64,000 bases of DNA from a virus. The DNA is taken from positions 39,474 to 103,473 of the IMG/VR virus record IMGVR_UViG_3300020469_004451. One strand, written 5' to 3'. The notes under the pieces were generated by a model. That model did no database searches. It was given only the letters and a program-made list of their open reading frames with translations, and was not told the origin of the DNA. Both the position numbers and the translations under genes were made by a program. Shown here piece by piece: positions 19,882 through 29,299 of the stretch; position 1 is the stretch's first letter, and every line of letters starts with the position of its first letter.

Positions 19882-20637
19882 ATGACAGAGATTTTAATCT
19901 TAGATTACAATAGACCGCAAGAGTTGCTGGCACTTCTTTTGTCTATCAAAAAGAATGCTAGATTTGATAAGAAAGTAGTTGTTTTAAATAATGGTGGAGA
20001 GAAATATGCAGATCAGTTCCTTGAGTCTGGAATGTGCGATAGAGTTATACATAACGCTATTAATATTGGATGTGGAGCGGGAACTGTTCAACTTTTTTCT
20101 CAATGCCAAAGCGACTTCGCTTTTTACATACAAGTAGATCATTCACTAGAAACTGTTATTACAGAGAATATGATTGAAACATTTAAAAATGATATTCTTA
20201 TAGAAGGTAATTTTTATGTAGATTTAGCGGGAGATCAAGGTCATGGTCAATATTCAGAGAGAGCGCAATTTATTAGAAGGTCAGATTACTTAATCGCACA
20301 AAAAGATTTTGGTGGTCCCGGCCCTCTAGCCGATCAAAGGTGGACAGAACAATCGCTTCAAGAGTATATGAACAAAGAAATGTCGTTTTTTAAATCTTAC
20401 TACATGTTTAAGGATTGTGGGTGGGACAGCGTAAGAGAGAATCCAGACGGTTCTCTTTGGAAACATCATCCTGACACGAAAGTATTGTTCTGTTTAGAAA
20501 CTCCAAAAGAAAAATTTGTTTATCCAAACTTGACCGATGAAGAATGGAAAGAAGCTATTGCAGGGGATTGGCCTACTTATGGAAAAATACCAGAAAACGA
20601 AAAAGATTTATCGTTTCAACATTGGAATGAAATTTAA
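19882..20637 (+). CDS. Glycosyltransferase family 2-like (GT-A)
   Basis: ILILDYNRP...L.SI, N.G.GAG motifs. Confidence 0.7.
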   Translation: MTEILILDYNRPQELLALLLSIKKNARFDKKVVVLNNGGEKYADQFLESGMCDRVIHNAINIGCGAGTVQLFSQCQSDFAFYIQVDHSLETVITENMIETFKNDILIEGNFYVDLAGDQGHGQYSERAQFIRRSDYLIAQKDFGGPGPLADQRWTEQSLQEYMNKEMSFFKSYYMFKDCGWDSVRENPDGSLWKHHPDTKVLFCLETPKEKFVYPNLTDEEWKEAIAGDWPTYGKIPENEKDLSFQHWNEI

Positions 20638-20734
20638 AATAGCACAAATGCTCATGGATTATTATGAGATAGAAGAAGAAGAGTCTATGCTAATCGCTCA
20701 AGATATTTTAAACCTTATAAAGGAGGAAGCATGA
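20627..20734 (+). CDS. Small hypothetical protein (35 aa)
   Basis: Fills the gap and overlaps both neighbours; ATG at 20627. Confidence 0.4.
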   Translation: MKFKIAQMLMDYYEIEEEESMLIAQDILNLIKEEA

Positions 20735-21618
20735 GCAAGATTTACCTTTGCGGAATAACAAACTCAAACGAATATGATAATATTAAAGAGTTAACTGATC
20801 CTATTTGGGAGCATGTTGATGGTTTGATATTTGGATATGATTCTAATGAACAGGCTTCCTTGTTGGCTGGTCACAAAAAAGACGAGTGCTTTAATTTACT
20901 TGAAGAAAGAAAAGGAGATGGTGCTATTATTACTCGTCCTTGGACAAATGATCACGACCTTCAAATGAATGTGTTTCTTCGCGAAGGACCATTGAAATCT
21001 GGAGATTGGTTTATTCTAAGGGATTCTATGGAAAGATTTAATGCAGAATGGGCTAAAGAACTTCCTAAAACCTTACGCGCTTTTGAAATGCAAGGTATTC
21101 GCTCTGTATTCGATTATAGTAAGGGTTTTGCCTTTCAATGGAATGATTCTATGCTTTTTCAAGGATCGCCTCATTGGGGCTTACAGGGCGCGCAAATGAA
21201 CTCTCTTAATTTACAAAATTTGTATGACGCAGATGAAAAAGAGCATACATGGAGAATAAAAGATGGAGAAGACGGGGGAAGACCCATTGACAATAAAATA
21301 GATCACGAAGTTAAATATGCTTGGGTATATGGTAGATCAAATCATTTGCTTTTAGGGCTTGAAGATAGTATAGAAGAGTATAAAAGAGCAGAATTGATAC
21401 GACTTCATGTTCGCGACATTGCACTAATCAAAGGATTTGAGTATACGTTACATTCTCTGAAAGATTTTATGCTATGGTTTCAAGAAAATGATTTAGATAA
21501 TTTTAAAGCATGGATCAATAGTCATAGAGTTTGGAAAAACTTTTATCGTTACAGAGTAGATAAAAGTGCGACATTTGAAGAAATAGAAAATACAGAAAAA
21601 TCTTGGAGATACGAATAA
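20731..21618 (+). CDS. Divergent GT-A glycosyltransferase-like protein
   Basis: WTNDH..Q.N, DWFILRDSMER (DxDE-like), PH motif; located in the GT cluster. Confidence 0.6.
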   Translation: MSKIYLCGITNSNEYDNIKELTDPIWEHVDGLIFGYDSNEQASLLAGHKKDECFNLLEERKGDGAIITRPWTNDHDLQMNVFLREGPLKSGDWFILRDSMERFNAEWAKELPKTLRAFEMQGIRSVFDYSKGFAFQWNDSMLFQGSPHWGLQGAQMNSLNLQNLYDADEKEHTWRIKDGEDGGRPIDNKIDHEVKYAWVYGRSNHLLLGLEDSIEEYKRAELIRLHVRDIALIKGFEYTLHSLKDFMLWFQENDLDNFKAWINSHRVWKNFYRYRVDKSATFEEIENTEKSWRYE

Positions 21619-21627
21619 ATTTTAAAA

Positions 21628-22422
21628 ATGAAAATTAGTATATATTCAACAGCATTTAATATTTTAGATAAAGGGTTTAATCATAAAGATGCACTAGACA
21701 ACTGGTTTTATTACGCAGATGAAGTTTGTATTGCAGTCAATAAGAGTGTAGACAATACAGAAGCTGAGATAAGAAAATATGGAGAAGAAAAAGGATACAA
21801 CTTAAAAGTTATTCCTGTAGATATTTCTTATGAAGACCCTTTTTGTTATGGAAAAACAGAAAACTCAGCATTGCAAGCTTGCTCTGGAGATTTGTTGATT
21901 CAACAAAATTTAGACGAAAGATTAGGGGGTGACAAAGAGGTAATCAAAACTTTAGGAAAACAGTTGATTGAAAACGAGAAATTCGCATCTTTCTTTGTTC
22001 CAGTGATTAATCTTTATGGAGATTATGATCACTTTATTGACTTTGGTTCAAAATGGTATATCCATAAAACAGGATTAAATAGAGGTCCAGTAAATTTCGG
22101 TATCAAAGAAGATGGTCGCCCTGATTACAATAAAACAAGCACAGACGAGCTTATAGACGATTCTGGAAATCTTCTTGAGACATACCCACTATGTAGCACA
22201 CAAAATGTTGCAGAAGCTCTTAAATATTGTAGAAGCGGTTATCCTTTTGTATATCACTTGGGGTATATTGATTTAAAAGAACGGGTGACTAGAAATAAGT
22301 TTTGGAAAAATTTTTGGGAGGAAGCTACTGGAGGCGATTCAAATGATCATTCATTAAGTGAAGATGAATTGCAAAGTAGAGGTAGAATAAAGCACAATTT
22401 AGAACTTTGGAAGAAACAATAA
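21628..22422 (+). CDS. Glycosyltransferase family 2
   Basis: ADEVCIA..SVDNT, ALQACSGD....NLDE, YHLGY. Confidence 0.8.
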   Translation: MKISIYSTAFNILDKGFNHKDALDNWFYYADEVCIAVNKSVDNTEAEIRKYGEEKGYNLKVIPVDISYEDPFCYGKTENSALQACSGDLLIQQNLDERLGGDKEVIKTLGKQLIENEKFASFFVPVINLYGDYDHFIDFGSKWYIHKTGLNRGPVNFGIKEDGRPDYNKTSTDELIDDSGNLLETYPLCSTQNVAEALKYCRSGYPFVYHLGYIDLKERVTRNKFWKNFWEEATGGDSNDHSLSEDELQSRGRIKHNLELWKKQ

Positions 22423-22437
22423 ATACATCTAAAAATT

Positions 22438-23205
22438 ATGATTGATAAAAAACTTGCTATAGTTTTATACACCTCAACGAAAGGACACTTTGATTATAAA
22501 GATTGCTATAAGCATACAGTAGCTAGATTGCAAGAACAGTTCAGCTTGTTTTCCTTCTTTTACAAAATCGCTCACATAAAAGTTTCAGAAGGCGAAGAAG
22601 ATTTGGCTGATGAGATGGAATCATATTTAAAGGTTCATGGTTTTAATGTTTTAAAAACTCAAGGAAACTGGAAGCACGACTGTAATAATAATTCTCATGC
22701 TAAGGAATATTACAAAGATATGCTCACTGCTTTATCTGATAAAAAATTACATGAATTTCCGTATGTCATGTGTATTGAGGATGATTGGCTTCTTTCTTTT
22801 CCTAATCAGTCAGGAGAACATTGGTGTAGAAAAGGTGTGGATCTTCTAGATCAAAATTTTGATAAGCTTTGTATTAGAATTAATAATAAAAAAGATACCT
22901 GTCTTGATGAAGCTAGTAGCGTTAAAGATGAAGATATATATATGCAAAATTTAGGCTATACTCCTTGGGGACCGACATATACTTTTCAACCTACCATTGT
23001 TAGAACTAAAGAATGGTATCATTCTGTTAGATTAATAAACAATAATTCAGAAATACTAGACTCTCAACATTGCGAAATTGTATCTGGAAAAACTTTAAAG
23101 AACTTTACTGACGATTTGTGTCCATTCTTATTTTTTAATCCAAATAAAGTTCATGCAGAACATATAGGAGAAGAAAGTTGGTTAAATAAACAAAAGAAAA
23201 TTTAA
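22438..23205 (+). CDS. GT-A fold glycosyltransferase-like protein
   Basis: YVMCIEDDW, FQPT, EHIG motifs. Confidence 0.7.
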   Translation: MIDKKLAIVLYTSTKGHFDYKDCYKHTVARLQEQFSLFSFFYKIAHIKVSEGEEDLADEMESYLKVHGFNVLKTQGNWKHDCNNNSHAKEYYKDMLTALSDKKLHEFPYVMCIEDDWLLSFPNQSGEHWCRKGVDLLDQNFDKLCIRINNKKDTCLDEASSVKDEDIYMQNLGYTPWGPTYTFQPTIVRTKEWYHSVRLINNNSEILDSQHCEIVSGKTLKNFTDDLCPFLFFNPNKVHAEHIGEESWLNKQKKI

Positions 23206-23221
23206 CAACTTTAATTAAAAA

Positions 23222-24001
23222 ATGAAAATAGGCTTATTATGTAATTTTTACGGGTTTCCAGAATATACTCATCAAGTATTGGAACCTTGGCTACACAGGG
23301 AGGATGTTGTAATAGCTGCCTCTTCCTTTAAATATCCAGAGCTTTGGGATAAAAATGATACTGAAACATCAAAACAATTGTTGGAAATACCAGTAAATTT
23401 TTTAGCTTATGGAGATCAAGCAAACGATTCTTTTTCTAGAAATGCCCCATTAAGATATTTAAAAGAAAGAAATGTTGATCTAATTTGGATACTAGATCAA
23501 GATGAGTTTTATTCAGCAAAAGAAATTGAAGATACCATACAACTTGTTAATAATTCAAAAGATAATGTTGTATTCAGAATAGAATTTAAAAATTGTGTTG
23601 GTGATAAAAATCATTATATAGAAGGTTTTAACCCACCAAGAATATTTAGAACCAAGCCAAGTGAAAGATACTTGATGCACGAATTTTATTACGAAAACGA
23701 TATAAATTATGTAGACGTTGTTCGTAAGGAATTAATTACTTACAAGTCCTTTTCTGAAAAAAATATATCAAAAGATATATGCAATCCTATCCATTATAGT
23801 TGGTGCGGAACCGAAGAGTATTTAAAAGCAAAGATTGAATATCAGAAAAAGAGATATGGAGGAATATGTTCTTACAAATGGGAAGACGATAAATTACAAT
23901 TTAATCAATCTTATTACGAAATGATTAAAGAAGAACCTCCAGAACTTCTTGAAATAGAAAAATGCGAACCAGATTTTCCAGCATACGAACAAACAAGATG
24001 A
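23222..24001 (+). CDS. Glycosyltransferase family 2-like
   Basis: RN...DLIWILDQDEFY, PRIF, HYSW. Confidence 0.75.
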   Translation: MKIGLLCNFYGFPEYTHQVLEPWLHREDVVIAASSFKYPELWDKNDTETSKQLLEIPVNFLAYGDQANDSFSRNAPLRYLKERNVDLIWILDQDEFYSAKEIEDTIQLVNNSKDNVVFRIEFKNCVGDKNHYIEGFNPPRIFRTKPSERYLMHEFYYENDINYVDVVRKELITYKSFSEKNISKDICNPIHYSWCGTEEYLKAKIEYQKKRYGGICSYKWEDDKLQFNQSYYEMIKEEPPELLEIEKCEPDFPAYEQTR

Positions 24002-24021
24002 TATTTCTTCAAATTATCCTA

Positions 24022-24050
24022 TTGACAGATTAGATGAACCCAACTATAAT
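24022..24050 (+). promoter_or_regulatory. Consensus sigma70 promoter TTGACA-N17-TATAAT
   Basis: Exact consensus upstream of the HNH gene. Confidence 0.8.
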
Positions 24051-24082
24051 GGTCGAAAAGATTACATATTAGATTGGTGGAA

Positions 24083-24571
24083 ATGACTCAAGAATATCTT
24101 AAATCTTTATTGGATTATAATCCCGAAACCGGAAAGTTTATTTGGAGGGTAAATAACAAGAATTATGTTAAATCTGGATCAGAAGCGGGATGGATTGACT
24201 CCTATGGGTATAGGGTTATTGGAATTGATAAAAAAGGTTATAAAGGGCATAGGCTGGCTTGGTTATGGTATTATGGAAGGTGGCCCGAAAATGAGATCGA
24301 CCATATTAACCACAACCGTGGTGATAATAGAATAAAAAATTTAAGAGAAGTATCTCATCAAGAAAATGTAAAAAATCGAAGCCGCCCTCGCAATAATACT
24401 TCTGGTCACGTAGGGGTTCATTGGTATAAGGGACAGAAAAAGTGGTGTGCAAACATAGAATCCAACGGAAAAAAGATTTACTTGGGGTCTTTTAAAGAAA
24501 AAGAAGATGCGGTAAAGGCGAGGAAAGAGGCAGAAGCCAAATATAAATTTCATCAAAATCATGGAAGATAG
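24083..24571 (+). CDS. HNH homing endonuclease with AP2 DNA-binding domain
   Basis: YNPETG, HRLAW, IDHINHNRGDNRIKNLR, SGHVGV.W...KW.A.I...YLG.F. Confidence 0.92.
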   Translation: MTQEYLKSLLDYNPETGKFIWRVNNKNYVKSGSEAGWIDSYGYRVIGIDKKGYKGHRLAWLWYYGRWPENEIDHINHNRGDNRIKNLREVSHQENVKNRSRPRNNTSGHVGVHWYKGQKKWCANIESNGKKIYLGSFKEKEDAVKARKEAEAKYKFHQNHGR

Positions 24572-25619
24572 GAAAAAAGTTTTAATAACAGGTGTGACAG
24601 GTCAAGATGGTTCGTTGATGGCAGACTATCTTTTGAATAATACTGATAATATAGTTGTTGGCGGCATTCGACGCTTGAGCGTTAAGAATCATAAGAATAT
24701 TGAACATCTTGCAGATAATGATAGATTCAAACTTATTGACCTCGATGTAGCAGATCAAATTAACGTAGAAAACGTTATACAAGAAGAAAAGCCTGATTAT
24801 TTTATTAACTTCGCTGCAAATTCTTTTGTAGGTAATAGTTGGGATATGCCAGTTAATCATATGATGACTAACGCTATGGCTGTATTATATCAGTTAGATG
24901 CAATTAGAAAATATGTTCCTCATTGTAGATATTACAATGCTGGATCTAGTGAGCAATTTGGTGATGTAGATTACTCGCCTCAAGATATAGAGCATCCATT
25001 CAAACCACGTTCTCCATATGGGGTTTCTAAATGCGCGGCTCATCATTTGATAAAAGTCTGGAGGGAAAGTTATAACCTTTATGCTGTTCAAGGCATTCTT
25101 TTTAATCACGAAGGAGTTCGTCGTGGAGAAGAGTTTGTAACACGTAAAATATCCAAAGCCGTAGCAGAGATGTCTAAAGCTTTACAAAAAGGATATCCAA
25201 TCAAAAGATTGGAGCTTGGAAATCTCGATGCAAAACGTGATTGGTCTGATGCAGAGGATTTCATGGAAGGTGTTTGGAAAATGTTAAATCAAAACCAAAC
25301 AGAAGGCTTACCAAAAGATTATGTTTTAGCTTCTGGAAAAACAAATAGTATTCGATCTTTTGTAGAAGAAGCTTTTTGGTCTGCGGGTCTGAAATATTGC
25401 GCTTGGCGCGGAGAAGGTATTGGGGAAACTTATTGTCATATTAAAGACGATGGCGAGGAAATGGTTGTGGTCAGTATCAATCCAAAATTTTATAGACCAG
25501 CAGAGGTAGAATTACTACTTGGAGATTCTACGCCAGCAAGAAAAGAATTAGGTTGGGAACCAAAAACAAACTTTAAAAATTTAGTTCGTAAAATGGTAGA
25601 AAGCGATCTAAGTGGCTAA
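24561..25619 (+). CDS. gmd: GDP-mannose 4,6-dehydratase
   Basis: ITGVTGQDGS, PRSPYGVSK, LFNHE, FVTRKI, GNLDAKRDW, RPAEVELLLGD. Confidence 0.95.
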   Translation: MEDRKKVLITGVTGQDGSLMADYLLNNTDNIVVGGIRRLSVKNHKNIEHLADNDRFKLIDLDVADQINVENVIQEEKPDYFINFAANSFVGNSWDMPVNHMMTNAMAVLYQLDAIRKYVPHCRYYNAGSSEQFGDVDYSPQDIEHPFKPRSPYGVSKCAAHHLIKVWRESYNLYAVQGILFNHEGVRRGEEFVTRKISKAVAEMSKALQKGYPIKRLELGNLDAKRDWSDAEDFMEGVWKMLNQNQTEGLPKDYVLASGKTNSIRSFVEEAFWSAGLKYCAWRGEGIGETYCHIKDDGEEMVVVSINPKFYRPAEVELLLGDSTPARKELGWEPKTNFKNLVRKMVESDLSG

Positions 25620-25947
25620 AGAACCTACATATTTTCAAGAGAGGAGAGATTTCATTGCCCGTATGCTTGCGGAGCAACCCAAGGGTGCATACGCTAGGGA
25701 GATGAAGTTTACTAAAGAAATCTTTTCTTCTTACAATATTGATTTTCTCAAAGTGGTATCGCCACCTTTTGAGCTTAATTCTTTGGCTTACTTAATAAGT
25801 CAGGACGGTAAGAAATATCTTTCATTACAAGAGAAGATTTGGCTTTACAAGCCAGAAAAACATCTTATAATAGAGCAGAAGGATAAGGTCGGTGAAGACT
25901 GGAACGGTAAAAGAAAGAAAGGATTTAGAGAGTTTTTAAATGAGTAA
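25612..25947 (+). CDS. Hypothetical protein
   Basis: Overlaps both neighbours in the operon. Confidence 0.6.
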   Translation: MAKEPTYFQERRDFIARMLAEQPKGAYAREMKFTKEIFSSYNIDFLKVVSPPFELNSLAYLISQDGKKYLSLQEKIWLYKPEKHLIIEQKDKVGEDWNGKRKKGFREFLNE

Positions 25948-27070
25948 GGTAAAGGAAGCAGAAGTTAGCCTGTCTAAAGATCAGGAGTTTACAGAAAAGT
26001 ATTTTAATTCTAACAAAGAATTGCATACAAATTTTGAAGAGTTTAGGGGCAACTATAAAATTTCAACAGGCTCTAAGATTTTTGATCTAGCTGTTGATGG
26101 TGGTTTGCAATCTGGATTGGTTCGTTTTGTAGGCCCAACAGAAGGCGGTAAAACCTCTGAGGCTCTTGAGATTCAAGCTAACTACCTTGAAACTTTGGAA
26201 AACTCCAAAGGTATATTTGTCTTGGCAGAAGGGCGGCTTTCAGATAAGATGAAAGAAAGATGTCGATCAACATTTGTTTATCATCCAAAAGATTGGGTGG
26301 ATGGAACAGTTTTGGTTTTTGAGTGCAATATTTATGAGACAGTTTTTGATTGGTTGCGTGAGTTAGTTACGAAACACTCTGATAAAACTCGTTATTGTGT
26401 TATCATTGACAGCATGGATGGGCTTCTACCAGAAGCGGCTTTGAAAAAGTCAACTTCAGATGCAGCTAAGATCGCTGCTGGTGCAGTTATGACGGGCGAC
26501 TTTCTTAGAAGAACAAATGGCTACATGGCTAAACGTGGACATTTGTGCATTATGATGGGCCAAGTTCGTGCTGAGATTAAAGGGCAATACGAAGCTAAAG
26601 ACAAAAATAAATTAGGAGGAGCTTCTGGCGGCAATGCTGCCGTCCATTATCCAGATTGGGTTTTTGAATTTCAGCGACCAAGACCTACAGAAAAAATTCT
26701 ACCCAAAGGCGCGGGAGAAGGCGAGTTGACTCTTGCAAAAAAACCTATAGGTCAATTGGCAAAAGTAAAAATCTGGAAGTCAACAAATGAAACTTCCATG
26801 ATTGTTATCCAGTATCCAGTTAAGTTCGGAAGAGTAGGAAAGTCTTCAGTGTGGGTAGAGAGGGAAATCGTAGACCTTCTTCTTCAGTGGGGCTTCTTTG
26901 AAAAGAAAGGATCTTGGTTTTCTTCTAGCGAAGAGCTAACTGATAGTCTAAAACTAGATGAACCGATAAAGCTTCAAGGCATTGAATCTATTTATGATCT
27001 CTTAGAGAAAGATTCAGAGCTAACAGATAAGCTTAATGACTTTTGCGATAAGAACATTTTAAATGTATGA
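25940..27070 (+). CDS. recA: RecA-family recombinase
   Basis: GPTEGGKT Walker A, VIIDS Walker B, QVR, GGNA, KKGSWF. Confidence 0.9.
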   Translation: MSKVKEAEVSLSKDQEFTEKYFNSNKELHTNFEEFRGNYKISTGSKIFDLAVDGGLQSGLVRFVGPTEGGKTSEALEIQANYLETLENSKGIFVLAEGRLSDKMKERCRSTFVYHPKDWVDGTVLVFECNIYETVFDWLRELVTKHSDKTRYCVIIDSMDGLLPEAALKKSTSDAAKIAAGAVMTGDFLRRTNGYMAKRGHLCIMMGQVRAEIKGQYEAKDKNKLGGASGGNAAVHYPDWVFEFQRPRPTEKILPKGAGEGELTLAKKPIGQLAKVKIWKSTNETSMIVIQYPVKFGRVGKSSVWVEREIVDLLLQWGFFEKKGSWFSSSEELTDSLKLDEPIKLQGIESIYDLLEKDSELTDKLNDFCDKNILNV

Positions 27071-27468
27071 CCTTTAAAAGCTTGGCTGGTCGAGAAGTTA
27101 AAGTCAAAAAAAGTTATGTCTATAAAATAGACTGGCAAGGTAATTCTCTTTCCAAACTACAGAGGTCTGTAAAGAAAGAGCTTGCAAAATATTGGGAAGC
27201 TGATATAGTTTATGAAGAGTTTCCTGTAGCTGGAACAAGATTGAATTTTGATTTTTACAATGCTACAAAAAATATTGTATTAGAAGTTGATGGGCATCAG
27301 CATTACAGATATAACAAATTTTTTCATGGGCAAAACAGGTTCAATTTTTTACAGCAACTCAAACGAGATAACGATAAAGAAAAATTTTGTGACCTTAATG
27401 GGATCAAACTACATAGGGTAAGAGAGGGAGAAGATTATAAACACATTTTGTCTGAATTAGATTTATGA
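27067..27468 (+). CDS. DUF559/Vsr-like endonuclease
   Basis: EEFP...DFY....LEVDG.QH...RD.DK..FC. Confidence 0.75.
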   Translation: MTFKSLAGREVKVKKSYVYKIDWQGNSLSKLQRSVKKELAKYWEADIVYEEFPVAGTRLNFDFYNATKNIVLEVDGHQHYRYNKFFHGQNRFNFLQQLKRDNDKEKFCDLNGIKLHRVREGEDYKHILSELDL

Positions 27469-27752
27469 AAGATGATATTGATAACATCAAGAATGATGCA
27501 AACACAATTCCAGAAGTGCAGCTTACTAAATTGTTCGACAGAACAGGAAGCACTTACGGAGGTAATAAAGGCTTTGTTCTTTTCTATATCAATGAACAGG
27601 GTAATCCATTTGCGGTTATGAAGTTTGAAAATAATGCTGTAAGATTTGCCTTGGAAAAATCTATTGATATGTTTAAATTATCTATGGAGCAATCAGAGTG
27701 GATGGGTAGTATTGGAATTGACATTGACGAAGAAGGAGATTCAAACAAATGA
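27465..27752 (+). CDS. Hypothetical protein
   Basis: ATGA overlaps at both ends. Confidence 0.6.
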   Translation: MKDDIDNIKNDANTIPEVQLTKLFDRTGSTYGGNKGFVLFYINEQGNPFAVMKFENNAVRFALEKSIDMFKLSMEQSEWMGSIGIDIDEEGDSNK

Positions 27753-29287
27753 TAAAAAGTTTTGAATTAGAAAAAAAAGTAATATCTGGTATATTACAAC
27801 ATCAAGAGGCTTGGGGTCAGGTTTCTAACATCTTAACAGATGAAGACTTTTACTTTGAGGACTCAAAAGTAAACGTAACGATCTTTAGAATGCTTAAATC
27901 TGCATTAGACAATGCAGAGTCTATTGACGAAACAATTTTAATTTATCGGGTTAAACAGTTAGGGATGACATTCCCTGATTCAATTGACATAACTGATTAT
28001 ATTCAAAACCTTACCTTTATGAAGGTAACAGCCGATAACTTTTTATCCTCTGTTAGAGAACTAAAGAAAGTGTCTATCAGGAGAGAAGGTTTCAATATCT
28101 CTGAAAAGCTTCAAAGGTATGTCAAGAAGGCAGACCCATCAATGCCATATAATCAATTGGTTGACGGTATGGATAAAATTTACAATGATGGAGTATCTGC
28201 TTTTGAAATGGGTGATGAAAAACTTGTCAACTTAGCCGACATTGCAGAACAGATTGTCGAAGATAGGGGAGATAACCCTCCAGAGGAAGTTGGGCTTATG
28301 GGTCCATATCAGACCCTAAATAAAATTTACGGCTCTCTAGTTAGAGCGGGAAACATTACTTGTGTAGCGGCGAGAGCAAAGGTCGGAAAAACATCTCTAT
28401 TGATAGATATGTTGTTAAAAATCTCATACGAACATGGTGTTCCAATTCTACATTTTGATAATGGAGAAATGAGCGAAGAAGAACTTGTGTTCCGAATGGT
28501 TTCTGGAGCGTCTGGAATCCCTGTTCACTTGCTTGAAAGCGGTAAGTGGAGACACACTGCATATAAAGATTGGACAGCGCAAGAGGTCGTAGAGCGGGTC
28601 CGTAATGTTTGGGATAAAATGAAGAAGATTAAGATTCTTTACCACAATGTTGCCGGTATGAGTTCTGATGAAATGTGTTCGCTTCTGAAGAGATATTATT
28701 ACAGCGATGTAGGTAGAGGCAATCCTCTAATCTTTTCTTTTGATTACTTGAAAACAGATTTTGGAAATCTTGATAAAGGAGCGGGTTGGGCCTTTGTAGG
28801 TAAGACTCTGCACGATTTCAAACAGCTTATTAGTAGAGAATTAAAATTCGACGGCAATCCATGTGTTGCTATGGTGACTTCTGTTCAAACAAATAGATTA
28901 GGTATTACAAATAACAGGGACTCTGACTCTATTGTGGAAGATGAATCTGTCATTGGGTTGTCAGATAATATTATTCAGTTTGTCTCGCATCTTTTCCTTC
29001 TTAGGAAGAAAACAATAGATGAAAGGGTTACAGAGGGAGATCATTTTGGCACTCACAAACTAATTTGTTTGGCCGCAAGACACTTGGGAGAAGATGCTTT
29101 CGGACATTTAGAGCCTGTAGAGGATGTAGAGGGAAATAATAGAAATAACTTTGTAAACTTACATTTTTCCAATTTCAATGTAGAAGACAGGGGTGATCTA
29201 AGGGATATCGTCAGAAACTCAAGGGGAGAAGATATTTTTGTTAACGATGAAGCGCAAGACTCTGGATTGCCAGCAGGTTTTAATTAG
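27749..29287 (+). CDS. dnaB: Replicative DNA helicase
   Basis: DnaB N-domain (EKKVISGIL), AARAKVGKT Walker A, EM, FDYL, Q.NR. Confidence 0.9.
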   Translation: MIKSFELEKKVISGILQHQEAWGQVSNILTDEDFYFEDSKVNVTIFRMLKSALDNAESIDETILIYRVKQLGMTFPDSIDITDYIQNLTFMKVTADNFLSSVRELKKVSIRREGFNISEKLQRYVKKADPSMPYNQLVDGMDKIYNDGVSAFEMGDEKLVNLADIAEQIVEDRGDNPPEEVGLMGPYQTLNKIYGSLVRAGNITCVAARAKVGKTSLLIDMLLKISYEHGVPILHFDNGEMSEEELVFRMVSGASGIPVHLLESGKWRHTAYKDWTAQEVVERVRNVWDKMKKIKILYHNVAGMSSDEMCSLLKRYYYSDVGRGNPLIFSFDYLKTDFGNLDKGAGWAFVGKTLHDFKQLISRELKFDGNPCVAMVTSVQTNRLGITNNRDSDSIVEDESVIGLSDNIIQFVSHLFLLRKKTIDERVTEGDHFGTHKLICLAARHLGEDAFGHLEPVEDVEGNNRNNFVNLHFSNFNVEDRGDLRDIVRNSRGEDIFVNDEAQDSGLPAGFN

Positions 29288-29299
29288 AAGTTTTAATTT

